A DNA stretch of 64,000 bases, from positions 181,964 through 245,963 of IMG/VR virus record IMGVR_UViG_3300005941_000003; one strand, 5' to 3'. The notes under the pieces are model-generated. The model worked only from the letters and a program-made list of their open reading frames with translations. It had not been told where the DNA came from and ran no database searches. The translations under genes and the position numbers were made by a program. The stretch's first letter is position 1, and each line of letters starts with the position of its first letter. This document shows positions 8,670 to 18,863 of the stretch, one piece after another.

Positions 8670-11486
8670 ATGGCCTACGACGGATTTTACCTAACATACA
8701 AAAACGATAGAGAGACGAATGATCGTTTCGACCGCGTTTCTGGGGATTACCCAAACTTCAAACTAGTAAAAATCAATCTTGAAGACATGAGCAATCCAAA
8801 GATTGTTGACGCCGTGATGAAGATTGCGTCACTTGTGAATACTAAACACTTTTGGGTTATTGATCCAGAGGTAGTACCAGGCGACGACTTTGATTTTAGT
8901 TACACTGCGACCGAATACGATGAAATGTATACGCAGCTTTGGAATGCAGATGAACGTGATATGTTCAAGCAAGTAGTAGGTGTAAAACTTTTCAACCGTC
9001 TTGATGTTCTAAACAAAGGCAGAGAGTATGTAGAAGATGCATACTATATGCGCGACGAATTTAAACTACATGAAAAAACTTTAACATATTCTCCAACAAA
9101 AGAGACGTATGATATTTTCTATTGGAAACGTAACTTTGGTAACGAGAACTTAAAGAAACTAAAAGCACGACATGATAATATCAATATTGTCATGGGTGAA
9201 AACATTATGCAGGTTCATGAAAAGTGTCGTGCGGTAGCGCGTACTGATTTCTACTATCTTGTATATCCTGATACAGATGTGAACGAAGATTTTGATTTCA
9301 GTTACAATTTCGAATTTGGATTAGATAAAGAAAATCAAAAAGTTGCGCTATGGCAAAAAGTAAATCCAGTAACCGGATATGCTAGAGAGTATCACGGCAT
9401 TGGTCTATTCCCGACACAACGTGACATGTTTGATGAAACCGCGTACAAAAAGTTTTACTTCAAAAAGGATGGGGTGTATGATGTACATCCTGCGTCGAAA
9501 GACATACCGTTTGAGCAACATCGTGTTGGTAGAATTGCAGAAATGGATGCAATGCTTGTACATGCGGTTGACACTGAAATGTTTTGGATGATTGATGAAC
9601 AAGTAGAACCTTATCAAGACTTAATTGATGAATTCTATCCTTTCAGTTATGACAGAGATAAGATTCATAACTTTAATGTAAAACTACCTAATGGTAAGAT
9701 TGTAAGAAACGGTGTGCGTCTTATCCCTAAAAACTATGATATGGATTTGCAGAAAGACATGGACATGGTAATGGGTGAAATGCAACCATTTGATATCGTA
9801 CACGGCAGATCAGTTGAGGAATGTATATCTAAATCAAAAACTCACAGATTTTGGATGGTCAACCCAGACCTAGATACAGTACAAGATATCAATAAACTAA
9901 TCGATGAAATTGGAGTTCCTGATCTATATGATATGGACTCCACTCAGATTTGGTCTTTTGCAGATATCAAAGGTGAGCGTGTTGGCTATGGCGGTCTTGC
10001 TCTATCAAGCAAGGCATATAACAAATATAATCTTTTACTAAAAGACGATATTATGATGAAGATACCAGAAGTGACACGTATCAAAGTTATTAAAACTCGT
10101 GATCCGTATCAAGCATATGTGCAAGCGGCAGGTGAAACATTCTATTGGGTAGTTGACACAATTGTTGAACTATTGGATGATTTCAAGTTCGACTACTATC
10201 CTGATATATTCAATATCGAAAACGTATTTGCATTTGCAAACGAATCTACAAACGAAACGACCACAGGTACATCTGGTGTGTATCTAGTTCACAGACCACA
10301 TCTATCTATCTATGAGTTATCAGAACGCGACTTCTCTTTTGATAGATTTAAAAATATGATATTCATTGATAAACCTGCAAGTAAAACAGTAGGCTATCCT
10401 GTATTTTATTTTGATGAAGGTCTATACAAAGAGAACACTGATTACTATAAGCAGTATGACTTTGTTGAAATTATAGACGCCACTGACGTTGGAGCAGCAT
10501 ACTTAAAAGCAGCAGAACTAGCACCTATGGGGTATTTCTGGGCGATAGATAATGATGTCAGAGTTAAAGACATGAACTTTGACCGCTCGTTCTATATTGA
10601 CAAGTTTCATAAATCACACTTCCACATGTGGCCAAAGGAAAACCCATACACTGGATTCGTACATCAATTTGGTGGATTGAAACTTATACCAGCAGAAGCA
10701 ATCAAAGAACTCAAACCAGACGCAGACAAAATTCGTAAGATGAATTTCAAAAACAAGCGTCCAGTAAGAGCAAAGACCCCACCATCTGCGGATATTCCGT
10801 ATGATGTTGTGTTCCTAAGTTACAACGAACCTTTTGCAGATGCTAATTACGAGAAACTATTACAGCGTGTACCAAATGCAAAACGCGTTCACGGTGTAAA
10901 GGGTATCTTTAACGCACACAAACAAGCAGCGGAGTTAGCCGATACACGTATGTTCTATGTTGTTGATGCGGACGCGATACTGTTAGATGAATTTAATATT
11001 GAATACATGCCAACGATTTGGGACGAGGATATCGTGCATACTTGGAAGTCTAAGAACCCAATTAACGACTTGATCTATGGTTATGGTGGACTAAAATTAT
11101 TCCCAACAAAACTTTTACGTGAAGCAACAGATTGGCATATCGACTTTACAACGTCTATCAGCGAAAAATTTAAACCAATGCCAACAGCAGCGAACTACAC
11201 TGCATTCAATACAGATCCCTTTAACACATGGAAGTCGGCATTCCGTGAATGTACTAAACTAGCGTCAAGTATTATTCAGCGAAGCAAAGTTGATGAAAAC
11301 AAAGAGCGTCTAGATATTTGGTGTAACGTCGGATCAGACAGACCATTCGGTGAAGACGCCATCAACGGCGCACGTGATGGTAGAAAGTTTGGCATTGCAA
11401 ATGCAGATAATCCAGATGAACTATCAAAGATTAACGACTTTGAATGGTTGAAAGCAACATTTGAGGAAAAATACAATGGTAAGTGA
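8670..11486 (+). CDS. 938-aa protein of tandem GT-A-like (glycosyltransferase-like) repeats
   Basis: Repeated FWVID/FYYLV/FWMID/FWMVN/FYWVVD/FWAID/FYVVDAD segments each followed by GxxLxP-like motifs; DxD (DAD) in the last unit. Confidence 0.6.
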   Translation: MAYDGFYLTYKNDRETNDRFDRVSGDYPNFKLVKINLEDMSNPKIVDAVMKIASLVNTKHFWVIDPEVVPGDDFDFSYTATEYDEMYTQLWNADERDMFKQVVGVKLFNRLDVLNKGREYVEDAYYMRDEFKLHEKTLTYSPTKETYDIFYWKRNFGNENLKKLKARHDNINIVMGENIMQVHEKCRAVARTDFYYLVYPDTDVNEDFDFSYNFEFGLDKENQKVALWQKVNPVTGYAREYHGIGLFPTQRDMFDETAYKKFYFKKDGVYDVHPASKDIPFEQHRVGRIAEMDAMLVHAVDTEMFWMIDEQVEPYQDLIDEFYPFSYDRDKIHNFNVKLPNGKIVRNGVRLIPKNYDMDLQKDMDMVMGEMQPFDIVHGRSVEECISKSKTHRFWMVNPDLDTVQDINKLIDEIGVPDLYDMDSTQIWSFADIKGERVGYGGLALSSKAYNKYNLLLKDDIMMKIPEVTRIKVIKTRDPYQAYVQAAGETFYWVVDTIVELLDDFKFDYYPDIFNIENVFAFANESTNETTTGTSGVYLVHRPHLSIYELSERDFSFDRFKNMIFIDKPASKTVGYPVFYFDEGLYKENTDYYKQYDFVEIIDATDVGAAYLKAAELAPMGYFWAIDNDVRVKDMNFDRSFYIDKFHKSHFHMWPKENPYTGFVHQFGGLKLIPAEAIKELKPDADKIRKMNFKNKRPVRAKTPPSADIPYDVVFLSYNEPFADANYEKLLQRVPNAKRVHGVKGIFNAHKQAAELADTRMFYVVDADAILLDEFNIEYMPTIWDEDIVHTWKSKNPINDLIYGYGGLKLFPTKLLREATDWHIDFTTSISEKFKPMPTAANYTAFNTDPFNTWKSAFRECTKLASSIIQRSKVDENKERLDIWCNVGSDRPFGEDAINGARDGRKFGIANADNPDELSKINDFEWLKATFEEKYNGK

Positions 11487-12429
11487 TATTCGCGCACGCC
11501 GCGCAGCAAGAGCAAATAAAAAGACTATTAAATCTAACGAAGAATTGTATGCGTCATTTGATGACACATCATTTCAAGATGAAATAGAATATACTACAGG
11601 TCCAGCGGTTGAAGAAGTAGTCAACGATGACACTTTAATGCTAAAAAATGCAATGAATAACGCCGGTGAAAACATTGTACCATATGATTACGTCAGAATG
11701 GCAAACACTTATTCTAAGATTAACGTTGAACAACAGTTGGGCAGCTATAGAAATGCTATGGAATTTTTAGCACACATTCAGCTTGCAGAGAATGATACTA
11801 TTGTTAAACGTTTGCAAGATTTGATTTACAACTATCCAAACTTTGATGTAAGTAGTTTTGTAAACACATCCGAAGCAAAGCTATACTCATGGGTTGTTAG
11901 TACAATGCGACATACACTTGGAAGAAAATATCTTGGTGCAGTTTATGTACTAGGTGGTGGTATCGGCATTCTGCCGGCAATGTTGCTTGATGCTGAAATG
12001 AACATCGAAACTATCAGAAACTTCGATATCAACGGTGCGTGTCAATTTATTGCAGATGAAATGATGCAACGGGAAGTATTAGCAGACTGGAAGTTTAAAT
12101 CCAGTACACAAGATATGTATGATATCGATTACGCTAAACATATCTTTATTACTAGATTACAGAACGGTGTTTTAAGCGCGCCATTTAGTGAAATACCCGG
12201 TACTATTATTAATACAAACGTAAGCCATTTGCATCATCCGATGGATTGGTACAACATGTTGCCTGACATGCGCAGAGTTATTATAGTAGGCGAAACCGAT
12301 CCTAGCTTACCAAACCCATTCCCGAATTCACAAACGTTCAATAAAAAATTCCCAATGTCGTTTGAAATCTATACTGGTGTTCTTACTGTCGGTGACAAGC
12401 AATACTATATGAAAATAGGTCACAAATAA
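11476..12429 (+). CDS. Class I SAM-methyltransferase-like protein (paralog of next gene)
   Basis: VYVLGGGIG, NFDIN, INTNVSH; ATG at 11476 preferred. Confidence 0.6.
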   Translation: MVSDIRARRAARANKKTIKSNEELYASFDDTSFQDEIEYTTGPAVEEVVNDDTLMLKNAMNNAGENIVPYDYVRMANTYSKINVEQQLGSYRNAMEFLAHIQLAENDTIVKRLQDLIYNYPNFDVSSFVNTSEAKLYSWVVSTMRHTLGRKYLGAVYVLGGGIGILPAMLLDAEMNIETIRNFDINGACQFIADEMMQREVLADWKFKSSTQDMYDIDYAKHIFITRLQNGVLSAPFSEIPGTIINTNVSHLHHPMDWYNMLPDMRRVIIVGETDPSLPNPFPNSQTFNKKFPMSFEIYTGVLTVGDKQYYMKIGHK

Positions 12430-12432
12430 AAT

Positions 12433-13428
12433 ATGAATGCATCTGATCTAATCAACCGTTATGCAATGTTATACGGTGACAAGTTCCCAACTATACGGGA
12501 ACTTGAACGTGCAATAAACTCAAGCGAACTGTCAAGTGTGTTTAAGCTAGTAGCAGATGCTACATCCTCAGAAGAAAAAGCACAATTGATTAACGATTTG
12601 CGTAACATAACAATTGAACGTCCAAACATACATTTACTTTTCAGACTTATGGAAGCAATTGATCCAGACAATGAAAAGATAGAATTGTTGCGACATAACA
12701 TTGTATTGAAATCTAAGATACACGAAACTATTGACGAAGTGACTATGGGACAATACTTGATTCCATCTGGTATCAGACGACTAACCAGTAAGTTTGATGG
12801 TCCTGCACTTACTGATGCTCTTAGTCAAGGACAGATTGAAAGTAAACTGTGGCTTGTTAATACTGTTGCAGAACTAGACTTGGACTTGGGAAAGATGGTA
12901 TATGTCTGTGCAGGTTGGTACGGTGTTCTAGCAGCGTTGATGTTTGAACGTATATCAAATCGCTTTGGTAAAGTATACAGCTTTGATATTGATCCAAGCA
13001 CAGAGAACCCAGCCGATCAGTTGAATAAAGAGTATGTTGAAGTTAGCAGTAGGTTCAAAGCAATCGTAAAAGATATTCATGAACTTACGTATAAGAATGA
13101 AATACACGATGTAATTTATTACAAGTATCACACCGAACAGTCTTATGAAATCAATATGACTGAGGTTGAAGCAGACGATGTTACTTGTGTAATCAATACG
13201 TCCTGTGAACACGTTGAGAACTTTGAAGAATGGTGGGATAATATTCCAAAAGGTATGCGTGTGATTATGCAGAACAACAACTTTGTAGAACATGACGATC
13301 ACACTGTGGTAAATACAATCAAAAGTGAACAGCGGTGGGTAGACAAACTAAACGTTTCGAAGTTACTATATCGTGGAACACTATCTCTCCCCAAATATAA
13401 TCGCTTCATGGTAATGGGAATAAAATAA
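12433..13428 (+). CDS. Class I SAM-dependent methyltransferase
   Basis: GQIESKLWL, VCAGWYG, SFDID, INTSCEH. Confidence 0.7.
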   Translation: MNASDLINRYAMLYGDKFPTIRELERAINSSELSSVFKLVADATSSEEKAQLINDLRNITIERPNIHLLFRLMEAIDPDNEKIELLRHNIVLKSKIHETIDEVTMGQYLIPSGIRRLTSKFDGPALTDALSQGQIESKLWLVNTVAELDLDLGKMVYVCAGWYGVLAALMFERISNRFGKVYSFDIDPSTENPADQLNKEYVEVSSRFKAIVKDIHELTYKNEIHDVIYYKYHTEQSYEINMTEVEADDVTCVINTSCEHVENFEEWWDNIPKGMRVIMQNNNFVEHDDHTVVNTIKSEQRWVDKLNVSKLLYRGTLSLPKYNRFMVMGIK

Positions 13429-14525
13429 TGATTTACGGACACAATGGATACAAAGATGTGCGCGTAGTACACTTAGAAATTACAGAAAAATGTCAGGCAA
13501 CTTGTCCTATGTGTGACAGAAATCAGAACGGCGGCGCAGACAATCCAAATTTGGGATTACATGAACTAAAACTTGATGATATCAAGCAGATCATGCATCC
13601 AGAATTTGTTCAACAACTTGATCGTATTTACATGTGCGGTAACTTTGGTGATCCTATTGTAGCAACCGATACTCTTGAAGTATTCGATTACTTTCGTTCA
13701 CAGAAGAAAGAATTGACTCTTGGTATGAATACGAATGGCGGCGCAAAGAAACCAGAATGGTGGGCTGAACTTGCAAAAGTATTAGGTAACTGGAGTTATG
13801 TAAAGTTTTCGTTTGATGGTTTGGGAGATACTAACCATATGTATCGTCAAGGTGTTAACTGGGATATTGCGATTGAAAATGCACAAGCGTTTATAGATGC
13901 TGGCGGCAAAGCACATTGGGATTATTTGATATTTGAACATAACGAACACCAAGTAGAAAAAGCCAGAGCAATGAGTGAAGCCATGGGGTTTCAAAAGTTT
14001 ATTCCAAAGAAGACAGGTCGTTTCTTTTCGACTATGAGAGTAGCAGGTAAAGACACCCACCAAGCAGTTAATCGCAAGGGCGAAGAAAAGCAATTACTTT
14101 CAAAACCAAAAGAAGTGAAGTATCAAAACAAAGAGATTGGTAAGATTGAAGAACTAACATCAAAGTATGGTTCTTTGGAAAAATACTTTGACAATGTTGA
14201 GATATCATGTAAAGTTGCAGCAGAGAAGAATATGTATCTAAGTGCAGAAGGGTTGGTTCTTCCGTGCTGTTGGGTCGCAGGTAACATGTATAAGTGGTGG
14301 CAGAAGCCGGGTGAAAATCAAGTGTGGGAACTAATTCAACAAAGTGGCGGCAAAGATGTATTCGATGCAAAGAAACACGGCATTGCTGGTGTAATGAACA
14401 ATGAATATTTTTCTTATCGACTAGAGGAATCTTGGAACAAACCAAATACACATGCAGGCAAGCCGATGGTATGTTCGCAAAAATGTGGTAAAGAGTTTGA
14501 TGCATTTGCAGCACAATTTAAATAA
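13428..14525 (+). CDS. Radical SAM protein with C-terminal SPASM/twitch-like Cys cluster
   Basis: CQATCPMC, GNFGDP, C-terminal C..PCC..CSQKC. Confidence 0.9.
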   Translation: MIYGHNGYKDVRVVHLEITEKCQATCPMCDRNQNGGADNPNLGLHELKLDDIKQIMHPEFVQQLDRIYMCGNFGDPIVATDTLEVFDYFRSQKKELTLGMNTNGGAKKPEWWAELAKVLGNWSYVKFSFDGLGDTNHMYRQGVNWDIAIENAQAFIDAGGKAHWDYLIFEHNEHQVEKARAMSEAMGFQKFIPKKTGRFFSTMRVAGKDTHQAVNRKGEEKQLLSKPKEVKYQNKEIGKIEELTSKYGSLEKYFDNVEISCKVAAEKNMYLSAEGLVLPCCWVAGNMYKWWQKPGENQVWELIQQSGGKDVFDAKKHGIAGVMNNEYFSYRLEESWNKPNTHAGKPMVCSQKCGKEFDAFAAQFK

Positions 14526-14559
14526 TAAATAAGTGCAGATATAATAAAGGCGAATATTA

Positions 14560-15990
14560 ATGACAAAATATAAAGGTATCAACGGAATGGAGGATCTACC
14601 ATCTCCGACATTCTGTATTCTTCCATGGGTGCATCTGAGTACAAGACCTGACGGATCAATGCGAGTGTGTTGTACAGCTAACGCAAGTAGTGTGGGTCCA
14701 ACAAATGATAAAGAACATGGAGGACAAGTAGGTATTCTTAAAGACGAAGAAGGTCGCCCTAACAACCTAAACGTTAGTGACTTTAAGTCTAGTTGGAATA
14801 GTTCCTATATGAAAAACGTGCGTAAGCAAATGCTAAACGGTGAGCAACCTCCTAGCTGCATCAAATGTTATAAAGAGGAAGCAGCAGGTCACAATTCTAA
14901 GCGTATGTGGGAAACACACTATTGGAGTCAACGAACAGATGTTGAGCAACTAGTAGCAGATACCGATGAAGACGGAAGTGTACCACCACAGCTTGCATAT
15001 ATTGATTTGCGTTTCGGTACAAAATGTCAGCTTGCATGTGTCATGTGTTCGCCGCATGATAGTTCTGGTTGGATTAAAGATCATAGTAAGATTTTTCCAC
15101 TTGTCAAGAACGAATCGCTAAAAGAAACAATGCAGTGGAAAGATAAAGGTTCTACTAACGGTAGTTCCTACAACTGGCATAAACAGAACCCAGTATTTTG
15201 GGAACAGTTTTATGAACAGATCCCTAACATGCAACAGCTATACTTTGCTGGCGGAGAAGCACTTATCATAGAAGAACACTACGAAATTCTAGAAGAATGC
15301 ATCCGTCAAGGACATGCAAAGAACTTGGAACTTCGTTATAACTCTAACGCAGTTGAATGGCGTGAAGACTTGTTTGAACTGTGGTCTCATTTTAAACTTG
15401 TACGTTTCCATTATTCAGTAGATAGCATTCATGAAATGAACGACTACATACGTTACCCAAGTGAGTGGAAACGCACAGAAGAAGTATTCAGAATACTTGA
15501 TAACACAGAGGATCACGTAGAGGTCACAGTGGCGTGTGCAGTACAAGCATTGAACATTTACTACCTACCAGACTTTATCAAGTGGAAACTTGAACAAGGG
15601 TTTAAGAAGATCAACATGTGGCCATTCGGCGCAGGTGGTGTGAACTATCACTTTGTATATCACCCACCGCATTTGAATGTAAAAGTACTCCCAGAATGGT
15701 TCAAGGCAGAAACTCGTAAGAAGTATGAAGAATTTTATCCTTGGTGGAAAGCAAACTGGGAGAAAGGCGTCCCAGAATGGCACAAAGGTAAAGTGACTTA
15801 TGAACAATGGGAACAAGCAGGATATGGACTAAAGCGTCTTGAAGGTATGTTGCAGTTTATGGAAAGTGAGGACTGGAGCAATCGTCTTCCCGAAATGAAA
15901 GAGTACCTAGCTCTATGTGATCGCCAACGTAATGTAAGTTTCAGTGCGACATTCCCAGAAATGGCAGACATATTTAAGGATGTAGAATAA
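14560..15990 (+). CDS. Radical SAM protein with N-terminal twitch-like domain
   Basis: FCILPW..VCC, CIKC, CQLACVMC, FAGGE. Confidence 0.9.
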   Translation: MTKYKGINGMEDLPSPTFCILPWVHLSTRPDGSMRVCCTANASSVGPTNDKEHGGQVGILKDEEGRPNNLNVSDFKSSWNSSYMKNVRKQMLNGEQPPSCIKCYKEEAAGHNSKRMWETHYWSQRTDVEQLVADTDEDGSVPPQLAYIDLRFGTKCQLACVMCSPHDSSGWIKDHSKIFPLVKNESLKETMQWKDKGSTNGSSYNWHKQNPVFWEQFYEQIPNMQQLYFAGGEALIIEEHYEILEECIRQGHAKNLELRYNSNAVEWREDLFELWSHFKLVRFHYSVDSIHEMNDYIRYPSEWKRTEEVFRILDNTEDHVEVTVACAVQALNIYYLPDFIKWKLEQGFKKINMWPFGAGGVNYHFVYHPPHLNVKVLPEWFKAETRKKYEEFYPWWKANWEKGVPEWHKGKVTYEQWEQAGYGLKRLEGMLQFMESEDWSNRLPEMKEYLALCDRQRNVSFSATFPEMADIFKDVE

Positions 15991-16850
15991 TGGCTGTAGA
16001 ATTTTCATTACAGGAATTAAAAGAACTGTATTTGAGTGATGAATTTATAAAAATATATGATGATGCATTTTCTGGTTTTCCCGGATCCCCCAAGTATCCT
16101 GAAATATTAGAGATTGACGGGTTCCCTGTTCATTTTGATCCAAACGCAGAAATGATAAATGTGTCATTCAGTGGTGGTGCCGACAGTAGTATGTTGACCG
16201 TTTTGCTGGCAAAGTTAATACAAAAATACAAGTTAAAAACAAAAATAACACCAGTATACATGGCGCGTTTTACATACTCTAAGCCTTGGTTAGAACCAAT
16301 GGCATTGGATGTATACAATTATATAAAGAATATGTTTCCGGATATCATTCAAGATATACAAACAGGTTTTATTCCCGAAATCTTTGAAACAACAGATTTC
16401 ACTTTCAAATACGAAAAGCAATATGAAGATTTCCCCAAAGAAGCAGGCCTAGATGCAATTTATGCTGGTTCATTCGGTGTATATATGGTGAAAAAGTTAG
16501 GTGCATCAAGAACATATTCTGGTACAACAATGAACCCGCCTCCAATAAATGAAGATGCGGAGATAATACCTTTCAGAGAAGAAGAAGTAATTATGTCTAC
16601 CAATCATTGGGTGATTGGTCCATTTCATATTAATCCCCTTGGTTATTTACGTAAAGACTTTACTATGGCAATGTACGAAAAGTATGATTTATATGACTTA
16701 TTAAAACTTACTCGCAGTTGCGAGGTCAATCTAGTAGGATTGGGCGAAGACTACAAGTATGTGGATGGTGTATATCCACCGGAGTGCGGTCATTGTTTTT
16801 TCTGTCTAGAGAAAAAATGGGGAATAGAAAATATGGGAAAATTCTTGTAA
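15990..16850 (+). CDS. QueC/ExsB-like PP-loop ATPase
   Basis: SFSGGADS, TRSCE, CGHCFFC. Confidence 0.75.
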   Translation: MAVEFSLQELKELYLSDEFIKIYDDAFSGFPGSPKYPEILEIDGFPVHFDPNAEMINVSFSGGADSSMLTVLLAKLIQKYKLKTKITPVYMARFTYSKPWLEPMALDVYNYIKNMFPDIIQDIQTGFIPEIFETTDFTFKYEKQYEDFPKEAGLDAIYAGSFGVYMVKKLGASRTYSGTTMNPPPINEDAEIIPFREEEVIMSTNHWVIGPFHINPLGYLRKDFTMAMYEKYDLYDLLKLTRSCEVNLVGLGEDYKYVDGVYPPECGHCFFCLEKKWGIENMGKFL

Positions 16851-16882
16851 AATAAATACGAATATAATTCTAAAGGCATACC

Positions 16883-17731
16883 ATGAGTGACAGAACATAC
16901 CGAATAGTAACTGAAATAAAAAATAACGAAGATTTTATAAAAATTAATTCTGCGTTTGATTCTAAGTACAATACACAAACGTATTATGCAGAATTGACCC
17001 TTATGGAAATCTGGGACAATTTCATGGTAAAAAATCATATAGATAATATATGGTGCGGCGATACTCATAATATGTTTGTCAATTTTTTAATCGATAAAAA
17101 AGTTGAGAGAATATTTAAGGATAAAAACATCACTAGAATTAGGTTATCAGACCCTGACTTAGACGAAGATGATGTGCGGAAACTATATGCATTGTACTTG
17201 TTGAAAATGGATTTGATTGGAGGGGGTACTATTCATGATCCGATTTGTATCTCGGCATTCCCAAATGGTTCGCACCCAATACATCCCGGAACGTCGAGAA
17301 TGCTACTGGCAGCAGAAGTAGATCAGAGGGTTCCAGTCATATTAACAAATTACAACGACACTCTAAATTACGATTGCGCTGACAAATTAATACCGATAGA
17401 ACAAATGTCTTTTGATTTTGAAGATAAAGGTTTTATATTTGTGGAAGACTACACTGACGATCCAAACCATCCAAAAGGGGATGCGTATTTTTCTGCGGCA
17501 AAGACACCAGTTGAAAATAATATATCGGTTAATTACAAGGAAATAATAAACGTTTCAAATGATTATCAAATGTATAATCATCCAAAAACACATGCTAAAA
17601 AGGACATAGAGTTTGTATTCAAGAGAAAACGACTTTACATAGATGGTATGGTAGTTGCTGAATTTAGAGACGTTGGACCATATCATCGATGGTTTGTTAC
17701 GATGCAAGATCAGAGGCTAATAGAATTATAA
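16883..17731 (+). CDS. Hypothetical protein
   Basis: 282-aa AT-rich ORF after a late-promoter motif. Confidence 0.6.
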   Translation: MSDRTYRIVTEIKNNEDFIKINSAFDSKYNTQTYYAELTLMEIWDNFMVKNHIDNIWCGDTHNMFVNFLIDKKVERIFKDKNITRIRLSDPDLDEDDVRKLYALYLLKMDLIGGGTIHDPICISAFPNGSHPIHPGTSRMLLAAEVDQRVPVILTNYNDTLNYDCADKLIPIEQMSFDFEDKGFIFVEDYTDDPNHPKGDAYFSAAKTPVENNISVNYKEIINVSNDYQMYNHPKTHAKKDIEFVFKRKRLYIDGMVVAEFRDVGPYHRWFVTMQDQRLIEL

Positions 17732-18816
17732 TGTCAATAATGAATAGAATTGATAAAATAGAACTTGAGATAACTAGCGATTGTAATGCTCTGTGTCCCG
17801 GGTGCGCTAGAACGCAACATTTGGATAAAATAACAGTGCAAGATTTTGTTCTTGAAGATTTGAAGCGTATATTACCTACAAGAGAATATATTGATGGGAA
17901 GATATTCAAATTCTGTGGTGTTCTGGGTGATCCTGCTGCAAACGTAGAATGTCTTCCAATGGTAAAATATCTAGTGGAGAATGGAGGTTGGTGCCAGTTG
18001 AGTACAAATGGTGGAATTCAACCTGCTGCTTGGTGGAGAGAGTTGGGTGAACTGTCAGCTAGAACAAATAGTGTTGACGTTTCATTTTGTATTGATGGCC
18101 ACGAAGAAACAAACCACATCTATCGTGTTGGTACAAAATTTAGTACAATAGATAGAAACATTCAGGCATATAGTGACGGTGGTAACGGTATTGCATCTGC
18201 GACTTGGATTTATATTGTTTTTGATCACAACGAACATGAACTAGATAAAGCGAGAGAACACGCAGAAAGACTTGGATTCAAGTTTGCAACTCGTACAGGT
18301 ATGCGCAACAGCTATCACAACTGGGTTTCTGTCACTAAAAAGAAAGATAAAGAAACCAAGAAGATTGTAGAGGAAGTTAAGACCATTACAACAACTGGTG
18401 CGAAGGAACACTCAAAGAAAAAAGAAGTTGAAAAGATTGATCAATTCATTAAAGCCTACAGTAAAGGTAAAGAGATAGATCAAGAAAAGAAACTAGAAAT
18501 GATTAAGAGTATCACCTGCAAGATGATACACGAAGCAGAGATATTCATTGCAGCAGATCAAACAGTATGGCCTTGCTGTTTCTTACATGATAGCGCAGTA
18601 AAAAATCAAGATGCAATTAACGATAAACTTGCACAGTTTGGTGATAACTGGAATAGTCTAAAGCATCATACACTTGAAGAAATACTGTCCCACGTTTGGT
18701 TTAGACAATTGATAAGACTAAGTTGGGATCCAGAACATGAAATGCATTTGAAACGTTGCGTAAGAAGTTGTGCATCTAATAAAGCATATCAAAACGAAAT
18801 AAATTATGAATCTTGA
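17731..18816 (+). CDS. Radical SAM protein, paralog of 13428-14525
   Basis: CNALCPGC, GVLGDP, FDHNEH, PCC; ATG 17731 overlaps upstream TAA. Confidence 0.9.
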   Translation: MSIMNRIDKIELEITSDCNALCPGCARTQHLDKITVQDFVLEDLKRILPTREYIDGKIFKFCGVLGDPAANVECLPMVKYLVENGGWCQLSTNGGIQPAAWWRELGELSARTNSVDVSFCIDGHEETNHIYRVGTKFSTIDRNIQAYSDGGNGIASATWIYIVFDHNEHELDKAREHAERLGFKFATRTGMRNSYHNWVSVTKKKDKETKKIVEEVKTITTTGAKEHSKKKEVEKIDQFIKAYSKGKEIDQEKKLEMIKSITCKMIHEAEIFIAADQTVWPCCFLHDSAVKNQDAINDKLAQFGDNWNSLKHHTLEEILSHVWFRQLIRLSWDPEHEMHLKRCVRSCASNKAYQNEINYES

Positions 18817-18841
18817 CATTTCAAGAACAATCGCGTATAAT
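18813..18841 (+). promoter_or_regulatory. Perfect sigma70 promoter TTGACA-N17-TATAAT, directly preceded by GAATC
   Basis: TTGACATTTCAAGAACAATCGCGTATAAT. Confidence 0.75.
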
Positions 18842-18863
18842 AGAGACTAAAGAGAGATTATTA

